From Squalus acanthias (taxonomy: Eukaryota), in contig CM059432.1 of the NCBI GenBank assembly GCA_030390025.1, positions 63,614,001 to 63,678,000 of the forward strand: DNA of 64,000 nucleotides, written 5' to 3'. Position 1 is the stretch's first letter. Every line of letters begins with the position of its first letter. Below are positions 47,920 through 60,042 of the stretch, piece by piece. The position numbers were made by a program, and so were the translations under genes. The notes beneath the pieces are model-generated. The model ran no database searches. It was not told the DNA's origin and was given only the letters and a program-made list of their open reading frames with translations.

Positions 47920-48053
47920 GGCCAGGAATTGCACTGGAACGTCACTGGAAGTGTGGTGGAATCCTCGCTTACGTGGGTAAACGGGATTTACGCAACACTT
48001 CCGGCAAAGTTGCAGTGGCAGAACGGGAGCAGCACCAAGGGAATTCCTGGTCC
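47920..48053. mobile_element. Small MITE
   Basis: TIRs GGCCAGGAATT / GAATTCCTGGTCC. Confidence 0.55.
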
Positions 48054-48079
48054 ATATTAGTACGAATAAAATTATCACA

Positions 48080-48178
48080 ATAAAATTAGTCAAAGTTTGT
48101 TTGATAACGCTCCTGTGAAGCACCTCGGAAGATTTTACTACATTAAAGGCAGTATCTAAATGCAAGTTGTTGTCGTTG
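48080..48178 (+). mobile_element. L2 LINE 3' tail remnant
   Basis: Reverse complement of 56455-56550 (CTCCTGTGAAGC...TTTTACTA...TAAAGGC...AAATGCAAGTTGTTGT). Confidence 0.75.
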
Positions 48179-48191
48179 TACTAACCAGAAT

Positions 48192-48945
48192 GGCATGGAG
48201 TTTTTACTAGGGGCGCAATCAGGAAAATGCACCCAGAATGCACTGGACACTGCGCGGGTTTTCCTGAGGTGAAGTTACGCTGATGTTTCCGTGCAAACTT
48301 ATTAGCATAAGCTGAATGTAAAATTTCCCATAAATCAGCACAATCGAGCAGCATAATCGATTAATGACTGGAACAGGGCATTCTCTAGCATCATAAAGAG
48401 CAGTGGGATTGCCAAGAAATGAGCCACTCTTTAACTGACTGATTGAATGCACGTGGTCTTATTTTTTAATTGGTTTCAATTGACTGCTGGTCACTGCTTA
48501 TCTTCAATTAATTAATTATTGCAGCAGAGCAGAACACACCTGTGTGGCTTCAATTGACTGCTGGTTACATATCTTGTGTACCAAGGGCAGATCAATTGAC
48601 CAGATGAATTGACCAGATAATTTGACCAGAATTACTAACTAATTGAAACTGAATATAAAGTAATAACGATGGATTAATGTGACCACGGGTGCCTGCCAGC
48701 CGGAGTATCTGAACGTAAGGTGATGACCACCCCAGAATGGGCGTCATCCTCAGAAACTTGCCATTCTAGCCTGGGGGTGTGGCCACTTTTGTGAGCGGGG
48801 ACTGCTTGTGGTGAAGGGACTTTCAAAACAGCATAAAAGATCGCGGAAATTCATGCTTAAAATTCTGCGATTTTTGCGTTATTTCATTTCATTTTGCCCA
48901 GATTCCGCTGTTATCGGGGCAGAACTCATGCAGAAACTCCATGCC
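48192..48945. mobile_element. MITE-like element, 754 bp
   Basis: Perfect 12-bp TIR GGCATGGAGTTT / AAACTCCATGCC. Internal short repeats of AATTGAC. No clear TSD. Confidence 0.6.
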
Positions 48946-50436
48946 TTCATGCTGAATGCATTTTTGTCATAACAGGGAGACCAGTGCTGAGACTAATGAA
49001 ACCACCCCAGGGAGTGATATCCCTATTAATCCACACATTAATCTCCTATCATGATCAGTTTGTCTGTTGATGGTGTTGCAATGATCATGTTATCTAGGTC
49101 ACTTTTAAACTTCCCATATGGAATCAGCAGTGCAAACCAAAATTAATCAGCTTAGGTCAACTGGGATGCCCATAAATGGTGCTGCAGCTGTAAACATTTA
49201 AGTAACCAGGGTCCTGAACAGTCTACATGAGGCTCTGCAGCTACAGCTCTGTGCTTTGCCACTCACCACTCACTGGGGGCTTCATGTTGTCATCTCCTTT
49301 CCCAACAAGGAACAAATAGATTGGTGTGAAAGTGATTTGTGATGAGCCATTCCCACCCTCTCATCAAATTGATCATGCTCTGACAGAAGGCCGAGTGACC
49401 TTTGGACCATAGCCCGTGAGTCCTGCTTGGCTGCTGCAGATGAAGAAAGGTATCATGGTTGATTCTATAAATTTGAAATCCCAGTGGAGAGCTTTGCGCA
49501 CGGGAAACGGATATCAGGAATTTGGACAGGGAAGATTTTCCAGATGGTAAATTTAACTTATAAACTCTGTCCTATTGGTTTATGTTATCTGTTGCGTGGC
49601 TGCAGCAGATTTCCTTTCTGTCACTGAAATGAAATCTTGTCTGTTGTGGATACCTTTTTGGCTTCAATTGTGGTGTCAACTGGTCCCTTAAGCAGGCTGA
49701 GTGTTTTACTTTTATTGGAGTTGATTCACACTGATCTAAATCTATTTGTGCGATAACATAATCCAAGGAAGTAACAATAAAATTCCTGTGTGATCTGGAC
49801 TGGATATTAGTATCTTTTGCACATTATTTTTTTCAATTTCTCCAAAGGCAGAGGGAGTAAACAATTGGTGAGATGAAACTTGATATGAATATTTCCCATC
49901 AGGTAAACTTATAGAACAACAGTTATGATTTAAATTAATTTAATTCCATCAATACTACTTGTCTTCGCATAGCAATAAAATAAATGAAAAAGCTGCATTA
50001 TCCCATTTCAATAGGCTATCTCACTTGACAAAACTAATTTTATCATCCAGCTATCCTATCCTTCTTGCAGCCTTTTGTTATATGGCTACCCTAGTTTTTG
50101 CAGCTCTCTCTATTTTTAAAAACCTGACTCCAATGTTCGCTTTAATCACAGCCATTTTTCTTTTCTCAGCAATTGTCTCCAGCTCATTCCACAAGGATTC
50201 CAGCTCAAATTTTTTCACCCTTCCTATTTCAGATCAACCCATGATCACCAATATCTCTGTAATATTCAATCTTCTTCGAACCACTGCTCTCACCACTGAA
50301 TGAGATCCAGCCCCTCCACATATGCCCTCCCTTGCATGCTCTCAACCTTCCTTTTCAGTAGCATCAACTCACTTTATTTCAGAGCCATCCTGGTCCTCAG
50401 TTCCATATCATCCTGCATCGAGCGCTTTAAAAATTG

Positions 50437-50606
50437 CAGGTGAAATTGGTCTTCGACAGGAACACGAAACACACTCGTAGGGAATCGGCAGCCCATTTTG
50501 CACCATGCCTAATTTTCTTCATGGAACACAAATTGAGCATGGTGTAAAGCGGGCTACCGATTCACTGAGTGCATTTTGCGTTACTGCCGAAAACCATTTT
50601 CACCCC
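50437..50606. mobile_element. Small Harbinger-type MITE (degraded)
   Basis: Ends GGTGAAATTGGT / ACCATTTTCACC, with a quasi-palindromic interior. Confidence 0.5.
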
Positions 50607-50749
50607 TTTATTTTCTTCCTTTCAGGTAGCAAGGACCGTAAGGTTCAACAACATTTAAGTTCCAACCTCCTAATTTCTCTTCCTCTTCACTTTCTTCTGA
50701 CCTCATCTCCCCTTCCAGTCTCAACCCTTGCTGATTTTTCACTATCTCC

Positions 50750-50980
50750 TCTGACCTTCCCTCTCTGACCTTCCCTCTCTGACCCTGAATAATTTGTTTT
50801 CAGCAATGGTCTCAGCTTCATTCCCCCACCTCTGAACTCTCAGCTCAACATAATGCTGGGATCTTCTTCCACTGCTTCACCTCTAGGCCTACTATTTTGG
50901 CTAGGAGGCTTCTCCCCACACATCTGACCCTTTCTCCCATCTTCAGGCTTCCCAGTCTACCAGAACTCTTCGTCTGGCCT
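50750..50980 (+). pseudogene. Degenerate Penelope-like ORF N-terminal remnant
   Basis: Translates across frameshifts as LSDPE...SNGLSFIP...IFFHCF..RAYYFG, resembling the PLE LxKGLxFxP / FxRRLRLRxYF motifs. Confidence 0.45.
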
Positions 50981-51109
50981 CATCAAGGGGTATGGGGAGA
51001 GAGCGGGAATATGGTATTGAGATAGAGGATCAGCCATGATCATATTGAATGGCGGAGCAGGCTCGAAGGGCCGAATGGCCTACTCCTGCTCCTATTTTTC
51101 TATGTTTCT
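50981..51109 (+). mobile_element. CR1 (HER1-like) 3'-end fragment
   Basis: Same sequence as 14814-14950 in reverse. TTCTATGTTTCT tail. Confidence 0.9.
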
Positions 51110-52724
51110 CATTTCCACTTTCCTGCACTATCCCCATATCCTTTGTTTCCCTAATATCCAAAAATCTATCGATTTCTGTCTTGAATATACTCAACGACTG
51201 AACCTCCACAGCACTCTGGGGTAGAGAATTCCAAAGATTCACCACCCTCTGAGTGAAGAAATTTCTCCTCATCTCAGTCCTAAATGGCCGACCCCTTATT
51301 CTGAGACTGTGAGCCCTGGTTCTAGACTCCCCAACTAGGGAAACATCCTCCCTGCATCTACCCTGTCAAGCCCTGTAAGAATTTTGTATGTTTCAATGAG
51401 ATCACCTCTCATTCTTCTAAACTCTAGAGAATATAGGCCTAGTCTACTCAATATCTCCTCTTAGGACAATCCCCCCATCCCAGGAATCAGTCTGGTGAAC
51501 CTTCGTTGCACTCCCTCTATGGCAAGTATATCCTTCCTTAGGTAAGGAGACCAAAACCGTGCACAATACTCCAGGTGTAGTCTCACCAGTGCCCTATATA
51601 ATTGCAGTAAGACATCTTTACGCTTATACTCAAATCCTCTTATAATAAAGGCTAACATACCATTTGCTTTACTAATTGCTTGCTGTACCTGCATGTTAAC
51701 TTTCAGTGATTCATGTACAAGGACACCCAGGTCCCTTTACACACCAACATTTCCCAATCTCTCACCATTAAAAAAAATACTCTGCTTTTCTATTTTTCCT
51801 ACCAAAGTGGATAACTTCACATTTCTCCACATTATATTCCATTTGTCATGTTCTTGCCCATTCACTTAGGCTGTCTATATCCCCTTAAAGCCTCTTTGCA
51901 AACTCCTCACAACTTACATTCCCACCCAGCTTTGTATCATCAGCAAACTTGGATATATTATATTTGGTCCCCTCATCCAAATCATTGATATGGATTATGA
52001 ATAGCTGAGGCCCAAGCACTGATTCTTGCGGTACCCCACTAATTACAGCCTGCCAACCTGAAAATGACCTGTTTATGCCTACTCTTTGTTTTCTGTCCGT
52101 TAACCAATCCTCAATCCATGCTAGTTTATTACCCCCAATCCCATGAGCCCTAATTTTGTTTAATAACCTCTTGTGTGGCTCCTTATTGAATGCCTTCTGA
52201 AAATCCAAATACACCACATCCACTGGTTCCCCCTTATCTATTCTGCTAGTTACAACCTCAAAAAACTCTAACAGATTTGTCAAACACGATTTCCCTTTTA
52301 TAAATCCATGTTGACTCTGCCCAATCCTATTATTATTTTCTAAGTGCCCTGTTACCACGTCCTTAATAATAGATTCTAGCATTTTCCCGACTACTGATGT
52401 CAAGCTAACTGGTCTGTAGTTCCTCGTTTTCTCTCTCCCTCCTTTCTTAAATAGTGGGGTTACATTTGCGACCTTCCAATCCACGGGAACCGTTCCAGAA
52501 TCAATGGAATTTTGGAAGATGACAACCAATGCATCCACTATCTCTGTAGCCACCTCTTTCAAAACCCTAGGATGTAGGCCATCAGGTCCAGGGGATTTAT
52601 CGGCTTTCAGTCCCATTAATTTCTCCAGTACTTTTTTTTACTAATACTAAATTCTTTCAGTTCCTCATTCTTCACTATTTCTGGGAGTTCTTTTTGCATC
52701 TTCTTCCGTGAAGACAGACACAAA

Positions 52725-54400
52725 GGCCGCAATTTTTCTAATGGAGGTGGGTTGAGTGCGTGTCCGCTGCTCGGAGGCTTTCCGACCCGCTCCCAGCTGC
52801 CGCCTCCCAGAACTTATGATTTTACCTTGATTGGCCTCATTACGGCCGACGTGCGGGTCCCTCCAGGCAATGGCTTGGAGGCTGTCAGTTTCTCGCATCT
52901 GATGACGCGTTGTTTGAATGAAAATTTAAAGGGGCCACATCCCCTTTGGGGAAAAATGTCAATGGGATGGATTGGTGCTGTACTATATAGAAAGGGGACT
53001 TGACAGCGTCTGTTCTGAACAAAATTTAATGAATGAAATTGCTGGTCATATTATTCCAGAAAGATATTTATGATGTTTTTATATATCAATTTATTATCTG
53101 ACTATGAAATGAAATAGATGCCAGATTTGTTCCAATCATTGGTTTAGTAATATTAATGCTTTTTTCTCTTAAAGGTGCTGGCTGCTGCAGGAACGGCAGC
53201 CCCAATAACTAAGGCTGCACCCAGGTTCAATGAGGGCTCCCTCCATGCTCTTGTTAAGGGAGTTATAGGACGTCAGGAGCTCCTCTTCCCTGGAAAAGGA
53301 AGGAGGAGGCCTCCTCAGCAAACCAAGGCAGCTTGGCTGCAAATTGCTGAGGAGGTGAGCTCGAGGTCTGTGTGCAGACGCACATGGGTTCAGTGTGGAA
53401 AAAGGTTTAATGATCTGCCTCTGTGTTCTGGGTAATGGAAGTTCCAGAGTGAGGGCTCAGGGTGATTTCCATGTAGAATGTTGGTGGTGACACTGAGCGC
53501 AAACCATCGTTTATTGGACAGATGATGCCTGGGGTTTTGAGAATGTCGGACTTATATTCATCTTCATGTGCCAGCCACCTGTGTTTGAAGCGTAAGCTTA
53601 CGAGAAACTGGCATGGATGAGTGCATCCCTTGCCTGATGGCCAGCAATGTGGTCACCTGCTGCTGGATTGGCCACATCCGGCCCTGCAAGGAGTCACTCC
53701 TCGTCCTCTTCCTCGTCCTCGTCCTCTTCCTCGTCCTCGTCCTCGTCCTCGTCCTCTTCATCTTCCTCCAAGGAGGCTGTGTGCTGAGCCGCTTGTTCAT
53801 CCGGCAGCACTAAGCCGCGCTGCTCTTCCTCCGAATCTGACGACCAGGATGAGAGGATGTAAATGGTTCCCATCCCGTTGTTATAGATTTCAGTTGAGGC
53901 AAGAAGCTTGCAAGCGCACACTCAAAGTGGCCTGAAATTATTCCAATCAATTCAAACAGCTTGACCAGTCACAAGGTTAGTAGATTTGCAAAATCTTATC
54001 CCAAACCTCCAACAACAAAGTTGTTGCATTTGAATGCCAGCCATGTTACAGGGGTGCTTTTAAAGTTCTGCACCAATAATGACTACAGATCATGTCCTCC
54101 ACCAACTCGTCTCCTTGCAGCAGGACTGTTTCTGACACAATGGGAAACAGGAGCCAGAGGCACGAAAATGGGAAACCTCTATCAAAATAGGATTATCAAG
54201 GCAGTTAACAGGCTCTTAACTGCCTTAACTACCTGTCCCACCGGTTGGAGTCGAGTCAGTTTGGGAGCAGCTGAACAGACACTCAGGAAAATCACGTGGG
54301 GCGGGATGGAGGCGGGTTGGGTGTCTGAAGCCATTTTTTCCGATTTTACCAGCTGACACGTCTCCAAACCCGCCTCCTCAGGGCTGTTAAAATCGAGCCC
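52725..54400. mobile_element. Internally deleted Harbinger H4, 1676 bp (H5-related)
   Basis: TSD AAA. Ends GGCCGCAATTTTT / AAAATCGAGCCC. Right end AAACCCGCCTCCTCAGGGCTG is shared with H5. Retains the Myb exon (53175-53435) and fused nuclease ends (53873-53598). Confidence 0.9.
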
Positions 54401-54932
54401 AAAGTATTTGTTTAATTTCTCTGCCATTTCCTTATTCCCCATTATAATTTCTCCTGTCTCAGCCTGTAAGGGACCCACATTTACTTTCGCTAATCTTTTC
54501 CTTTTAGATACCTATAGAAGCTTTTACAGTCTATTTTTATGTCTGTTGCTAGTTTTCTCTCATTATATTTTCCCTTTCTTTATCAATTTCTTGATCCTCC
54601 TTTGCTGAATTCTAAAATCCTCCCAATCCTCAGGTTTACTTCACTTTTTGGCAACATTATAAGCCTCTTCCTTTGATCTAATACTATCTTTAACTTCCCT
54701 TGTTAGCCACGATTGGACCACTTTTCCTGTGGGGCTTTTGTGCCTTAAAGGAATGTATATTTGTTGTAAATTATGTATTAATTCTTTAAATGCTAGCCAT
54801 TGCTTGTCTGTTGTCATACCTTTTAATGTAGTTTCACAATCTACCTTAGCCAACTTGCCTCTCATACCTATGTAGTTTGCTTTGTTTAGATATAAGACCC
54901 TAGTTTTGGATTTAACTAAATCACTTTCAAAC

Positions 54933-55361
54933 ACGGTGGCATAGTGGTTAGCACTGGTGCCTCACAGCGCCAGAGACCCGGGTTCGAATCTGACCTCGGG
55001 TGACTGTCTGTGTGGAGTTTGCACATTCTCCCCGTGTCTGCGTGGGTTTCCTCCGGGTGCTCCGGTTTCCTCCCACAGTCCAAAAATGTGTGGGTTAGGT
55101 TGATTTGGCTATGATAAATTGACCCTTAGTGTTAGGGGGGATTAAATATGTGGGGTTATGGGGATAGGATGGGATATGTTAGGGGGAATTAAATACGTGG
55201 GGTTACGGGGGTAGGGTGGGATATGTGTACTGTGGGGATTAAAGCAGGGACAGGGTACTGGATTTGGATGATCAGCCATGATCGTATTGAATGGCGGAGC
55301 AGGCTCGACGGGCCGAATGGCCTACTCCTGCTCCTAGATTCTATGTTTCTATGTTTCTATG
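54933..55361 (+). mobile_element. HE1-like V-SINE (tRNA head, V domain, CR1 tail)
   Basis: A-box TGGCATAGTGG and B-box GGTTCGAATC. V-domain TGTGTGGAGTTTGCACATTCTCCCCGTGTCTGCGTGGGTTTCCTCCGGGTGCTCCGGTTTCCTCCCACA. The last ~120 nt match the CR1 tail at 26776-26891. Confidence 0.92.
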
Positions 55362-56454
55362 TTAATATAACATTCTGTCATATTATGGTCACTCCTCCCT
55401 AAGGGCCCCTTTACTACAAGGTTATTAATTAACCCTTTCTCATTGCACAGTACTCGATCTAAGATAGCCTGTTCCCTAGTTGGTTCCTCAACATACTGAT
55501 CGAGAAAACTATCTTGTATACATTCCATGAATTCGACCTCCACACTATTACTGCAAATTTGGTTTGCCCAGTCTAAATGTAGATTAAAGTCACCCATGAT
55601 CACTTTATTACCCTTGTTACATGCGCCTCTAATTTCCTGATTTATACTCTGCCCTACATTACAACTACTGTTTGGGGGCCTTTTAACAACTCCCACCAAT
55701 GTTTTCTGCCCCTTGCTGATTCTTAGCTCCACCCAAACTGATTCTACCTCTTAGATGCCTCCTTTCCAGACTGAATAACTCAAGCTTTTCTCTTCTTTCT
55801 TATAACTCAGTACTCTGACAGTAGGGATCAACCTCATAAAACTTCTCTCACTGTTTCCAGCATCTGAATATCTACTTTGTTTTTCAGTCACCACAGCTGA
55901 ACACGGTATTCAAACTCAGGTCACCAGAGCAGTGTTTGAGGCAGTTATTTCTTCAGTACACTGAGACAAAAATGTATTGATTCATCAGAACATAAGAACA
56001 TAAGAATTACGACCCCTCGAGCCTGCTCCGCCATTCAATAAGATTATGGCTGATTTTCGACCTCAACTCCAATTTCCCGCCTGATCCCCATATCCCTGAT
56101 TCCCCATGAGTCCAAAAATCTATCTCTCTCAGCCTTAAATGTAATCCAGAACTCAGCATCCACAGCCCTTTGAGGTAGAGAATTCCAAAGATTCACAACC
56201 CTCTGAGTGAAGAAATTCCTCCTCATCTCAGTCTTAAAAGGCTGACCCCTTATCCTGAGACAATGCCCCCCAGTTCTAGACTCTCCAGCCAGGGGAAACA
56301 AACTCTCAGCAACTAGCCTGTCAATCCCCTCAGAATCCTGTATGTTTAAATGTGATCACCTCTCATTCTTCTAAACTCCAGAGAGTATAGGCTCAGTCTA
56401 CTCAATCTCTCCTCATAGGACAGCCCTCTCATCCCAGGAATCAATCTAGTGAAC

Positions 56455-57153
56455 AGCAACAACAACAACTTGTATTTATATAGCGCCTTTAACATAGTAA
56501 AACGTCCCAAGGCACTTCACAGGAGTATTAAAAGACAATAAATTTGACACCGAGCCACATAAGGAGAAATTAGGGCAGGTGACCAAAAGCTTGGTCAAAG
56601 AGGTAGGTTTTAAGGAGCGTCTTAAAGGAGGCAAGAGAGATAGCGAGGCGGAGAGGTTTAGGCAGGGAATTCCAGAGCTTAGGGCCTAGGCAACAGAAGG
56701 CACGGCCACCAATGGTTGAGTGATTATAATCAGGGATGCTCAAGAGGGCAGAATTAGAGGAGCGCAGATATCTTGGGGGGGTTGTGGGGCTGAAGGAGAT
56801 TAGAGAGTGAGGGAGGGGAGAGGCCATGGAGGGATTTTAAAACAAGGATGAGAATTTTGAAATCGAGGCGTTGCTTAACGGGGAGCCAATGTAGGTCAGC
56901 AAGCATAGGGGTGATGGGTGAACGGGACTTGGTGTGAGTTAGGACACGGGCAGCCGAGTTTTGGATGACCTCAAGTTCACGTAGGGTAGAATGTGGGAGG
57001 TCAGCCAGGAGTGCGTTGGAATAGTCAAGTCTAGAGGTAACAAAGGCATGGATGAGGGTTTCAGCAGCGGATGAGCTGAGTTAAGGCTGGAGACAGGCGA
57101 TGTTGCGGAGGTGGAAGTAGGTGGTCTTAGTTATGGTGTGGCTATGTGGTCAT
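56455..57153 (-). mobile_element. L2 LINE 3' fragment
   Basis: LRSS...GGRAF...PKLWNSLP...FKTLLKTYLF, tail AAAGGCGCTATATAAATACAAG(TTG)n and TSD TGAAC. Confidence 0.92.
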
Positions 57154-57830
57154 TGAACCTTCGTTGCACCACTTCTAGGGCAAGTATATCCTTCCTTAGA
57201 TAAGGAGACCAAAACTGTGCAGAGTCCTCCAGGTGTGGTCTCACCAAAGCCCTGTACAATTGTACCAAGACTTCCTTACTCTTGTACTCCAACCCCCTTG
57301 CAATAAAGGCGAACATGCCATTTGCCTTCCTAATTGCTTGCTGTACCTGCATGCTACCTATCTGTGTTTCCTGTACGAGGACACCTAAATATCTCTGAAC
57401 AGCAACATTTAATAGTTTCTCGTAATTTAAAAAATATTCTGTTTTCCTATTCTTCCTACCAAAGTGAATAACCTCACATTTCCCCACATTATATGCCATC
57501 TGCAACCTTATTGCCCACTCATGTAACCTGTCTACATCCCTTTGCAGAGACTTTGGGCTGGATTTTACCATTGGCAGCAGATTAGGGGCGGGACAGGTAG
57601 TCTGCGGGTCCCGCCTCCGCTGTCAGGCAGGATAATTTATCTATTTTGCCGTAATTGGCCAATTGATTCCCAGCGTGTGCGCACCCCGGGCCCAATTAGT
57701 TTTTTGGGCCTGAAACTCGCCACTGATGACATCATTTCTCCAGCTGCATTTAAGGGCTCCAAGCAGCCTTGTTCATTTTCAGCCTCTACACTTGTGATTG
57801 CTTCTCTTCAAAGTGTTTGGAGCTCGTAGA

Positions 57831-59784
57831 ATGTCGACTTCAAGGCCCAAGTCCTCACCACGGTTTGATGATGACTCCCTCCATGCTCTGGTGGAGGGAG
57901 CCAGAGCACAAAAGGAGGTGCTGTTTCCATCCTCTGGGAGGAGAAAACCTCCCCAGCAGACCAAAGCTGTGTGGCTGCAAGTTACTCAGGAGGTCAGTTC
58001 CAGATCAATGTGCAGCAGAACCTGGCTGCAGTGCCGAAAGAGGTTCAATGACCTTGTCTGAACAGGCAAAGTGAGTATAGCATCACCTTTACCCTCATTC
58101 TGCTCCCCATCTCCTCTCAGCACCATCACTCTGCATTGTCAACCTACTCCTACACATCCCACTTTACCCTTACATCCCTTGCACCCTTAACCATTCCCTC
58201 TCTCTCTATGTGCACAATCACTTCACTATTCGATTATGCTGCCCTCACACTCCCTATCACTGTTATGTTATGACAACAACTAACAACACAGAGGGAGGGC
58301 CCTTAGTATTGGGACCTCACTCCATCTTTGTGTCCTTCTAAGCATCTATGCTATGGATTACCTACACTCACTCCATCATTCTCACTCAAACTCCACTTGT
58401 GTCCCACATTGCAGGAAAAGAGGGCCTACAATAAGAGGGAAAGGGCGAAGACAGGAGAAGGGCCACCCTCAATAGCCCATCTCACCAGCACTGAGGAGGC
58501 AGCCCTAGAGATCGTTGGAGCCAAGGAGGATGTGGAAGTGTGGGACAGACAGACGGATATATCAGAGCAAGCTGTTGACAGAATAGTTTTGCATCTCTCT
58601 CATTGACATTGCATGAGTGCCTGATATGGCTTCTGATGCTCAAACAGATTGACTTATGATCATCTGCACAATTCATGTGCATGCAACGTTTATATCACAT
58701 GTCTAACTCATTCCTTTACTCCTCCACAGGACCATCGACAGCCCCCCTCCCCACTGTCCAGGAGGAAGAGCCTGAGCCGGAAGACTCCTCAGAGGAAGCT
58801 ACAACCTCTGAGAGCACAGCGTCAGCAGAATTACGTGCACCCAGCACCAGCGCAGACACTCACACCTCGGTGGGACCTTCGGGACACAGAGTAGTGTTGT
58901 CACCTGGTGTATCACAGCTCACAAGTGAGCATCAGCAGATGGTGGAGACAGGGACAGCAGTGGAGAGTCCTCGTCTGAGGCCGCAGGGCGCTCCCAGCTC
59001 TGCTCAGCTGCATGGGGACCCTGTGCCTCCGGGTCCATCCAGAAGGAGAGCAGTGCTGGAACTCCAGGAACAGGTGCAGGTTATGTCTCCAGGGTCACTG
59101 CAAGTGTGGAGAGGATGGAGGAGTCCAATGCTAACATGAGCAGAGCCATTGTGGAGGCATTGGCGCATGAACGCATCACCTGCGGAAAGGATGGCTACCT
59201 CCGTGGAAAGGATGGCTACAGTAGCGGAGAGGATGGCTACGGCCATGGAGGAGATAAGTCACCAAAGTGTTGAATACATGGTGAATGTTCAGAATAGACT
59301 GACATCTCTGGAGGAGCAATGGGCAGCTATTGATCAGAGAAACCAGACTTTCATGGAAGTCCTCTGGAGTAGGACTGCCAGTGCAGATATGGGTCCTCAT
59401 GGCCCCCCTGATGTGCAGCAAGGTGCTGTCAAGCCACTTGCTAGCACTGAAGTGGGGACGACCCATGAGAGGGATGTTGGTGGCAGACAACAAGGAAGTG
59501 GGGGCTCCTCTCCAAGCGCTCACACTCCCATGCCACTGCAGAGCCCTCGGTCAGAGCCCCACCAGAGTCCTCACCCAACTGAGATGGCCGTCTCAGCCCC
59601 TGCACAGCCGCAGGAGGAGCAGACTGTTGGCGAGCCCTCACAGCCTTGCAACCCCAGAGGACGCCCGCCAAAGGTGTCGAAGCAGGAGCAGCATGAAAGT
59701 GAGGAAGGGGCCTTCACATCTGCTGAAGCCACAGGGGAAGCACCACGTAGGAGCATGTGTAAGAGGAAGATAAAGCACAAGTAG
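57831..59784 (+). pseudogene. H5 Myb/SANT ORF2, three exons (57831-58070; 58415-~58574; 58730-59784), disrupted
   Basis: PRFDDDSLHALVE...WLQVTQEV...RTWLQCRKRFNDLV*, EKRAYNKRERAKTG, ERMAT heptads and PRRSMCKRKIKHK. Confidence 0.9.
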
Positions 59785-60042
59785 TCACAAGGGTAGTCAC
59801 TTGGGTGTTCTGTTGTGTTTAATTGTTAAATGCCATCCTTTAGTCAATGTATTAAAATTAAGTGATAGCAAACTGTTGAAGTTCTGGACTCTGTCATTTC
59901 AGAAATGGAAGTTCCACATTGAGGGCTCAGGGTGAATTGGATTTGTCATGATGGTAGTCAGAGTGATAGGAAGCCACAGGTTCTTGTCCATTGTCTGTGG
60001 TGTGGTAAGAAGGTGCCAGGCACATATGTTTGATTGGCCAAC

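Larger units (their letters stand above)
51110..55752 (-). mobile_element. Long CR1 LINE (endonuclease plus RT pseudogene) interrupted by H4 and a SINE
   Basis: Endonuclease ORF 55349-55732 (MGDFN, SDH) and RT ORF 51885-52616. LNKYF|VSVFT is restored across H4. Confidence 0.94.

Noticed and set aside
49900..50400. ORF 49959-50303 as a membrane protein
   Set aside because: The hydrophobicity reflects the T-rich antisense strand of what looks like a decayed A-rich LINE.
54933..55005. Genuine tRNA genes (also 3735-3793, 11415-11482, 13197-13240, 63156-63245)
   Set aside because: A/B boxes are present but they run into SINE or LINE bodies, with no convincing cloverleaf or terminator.
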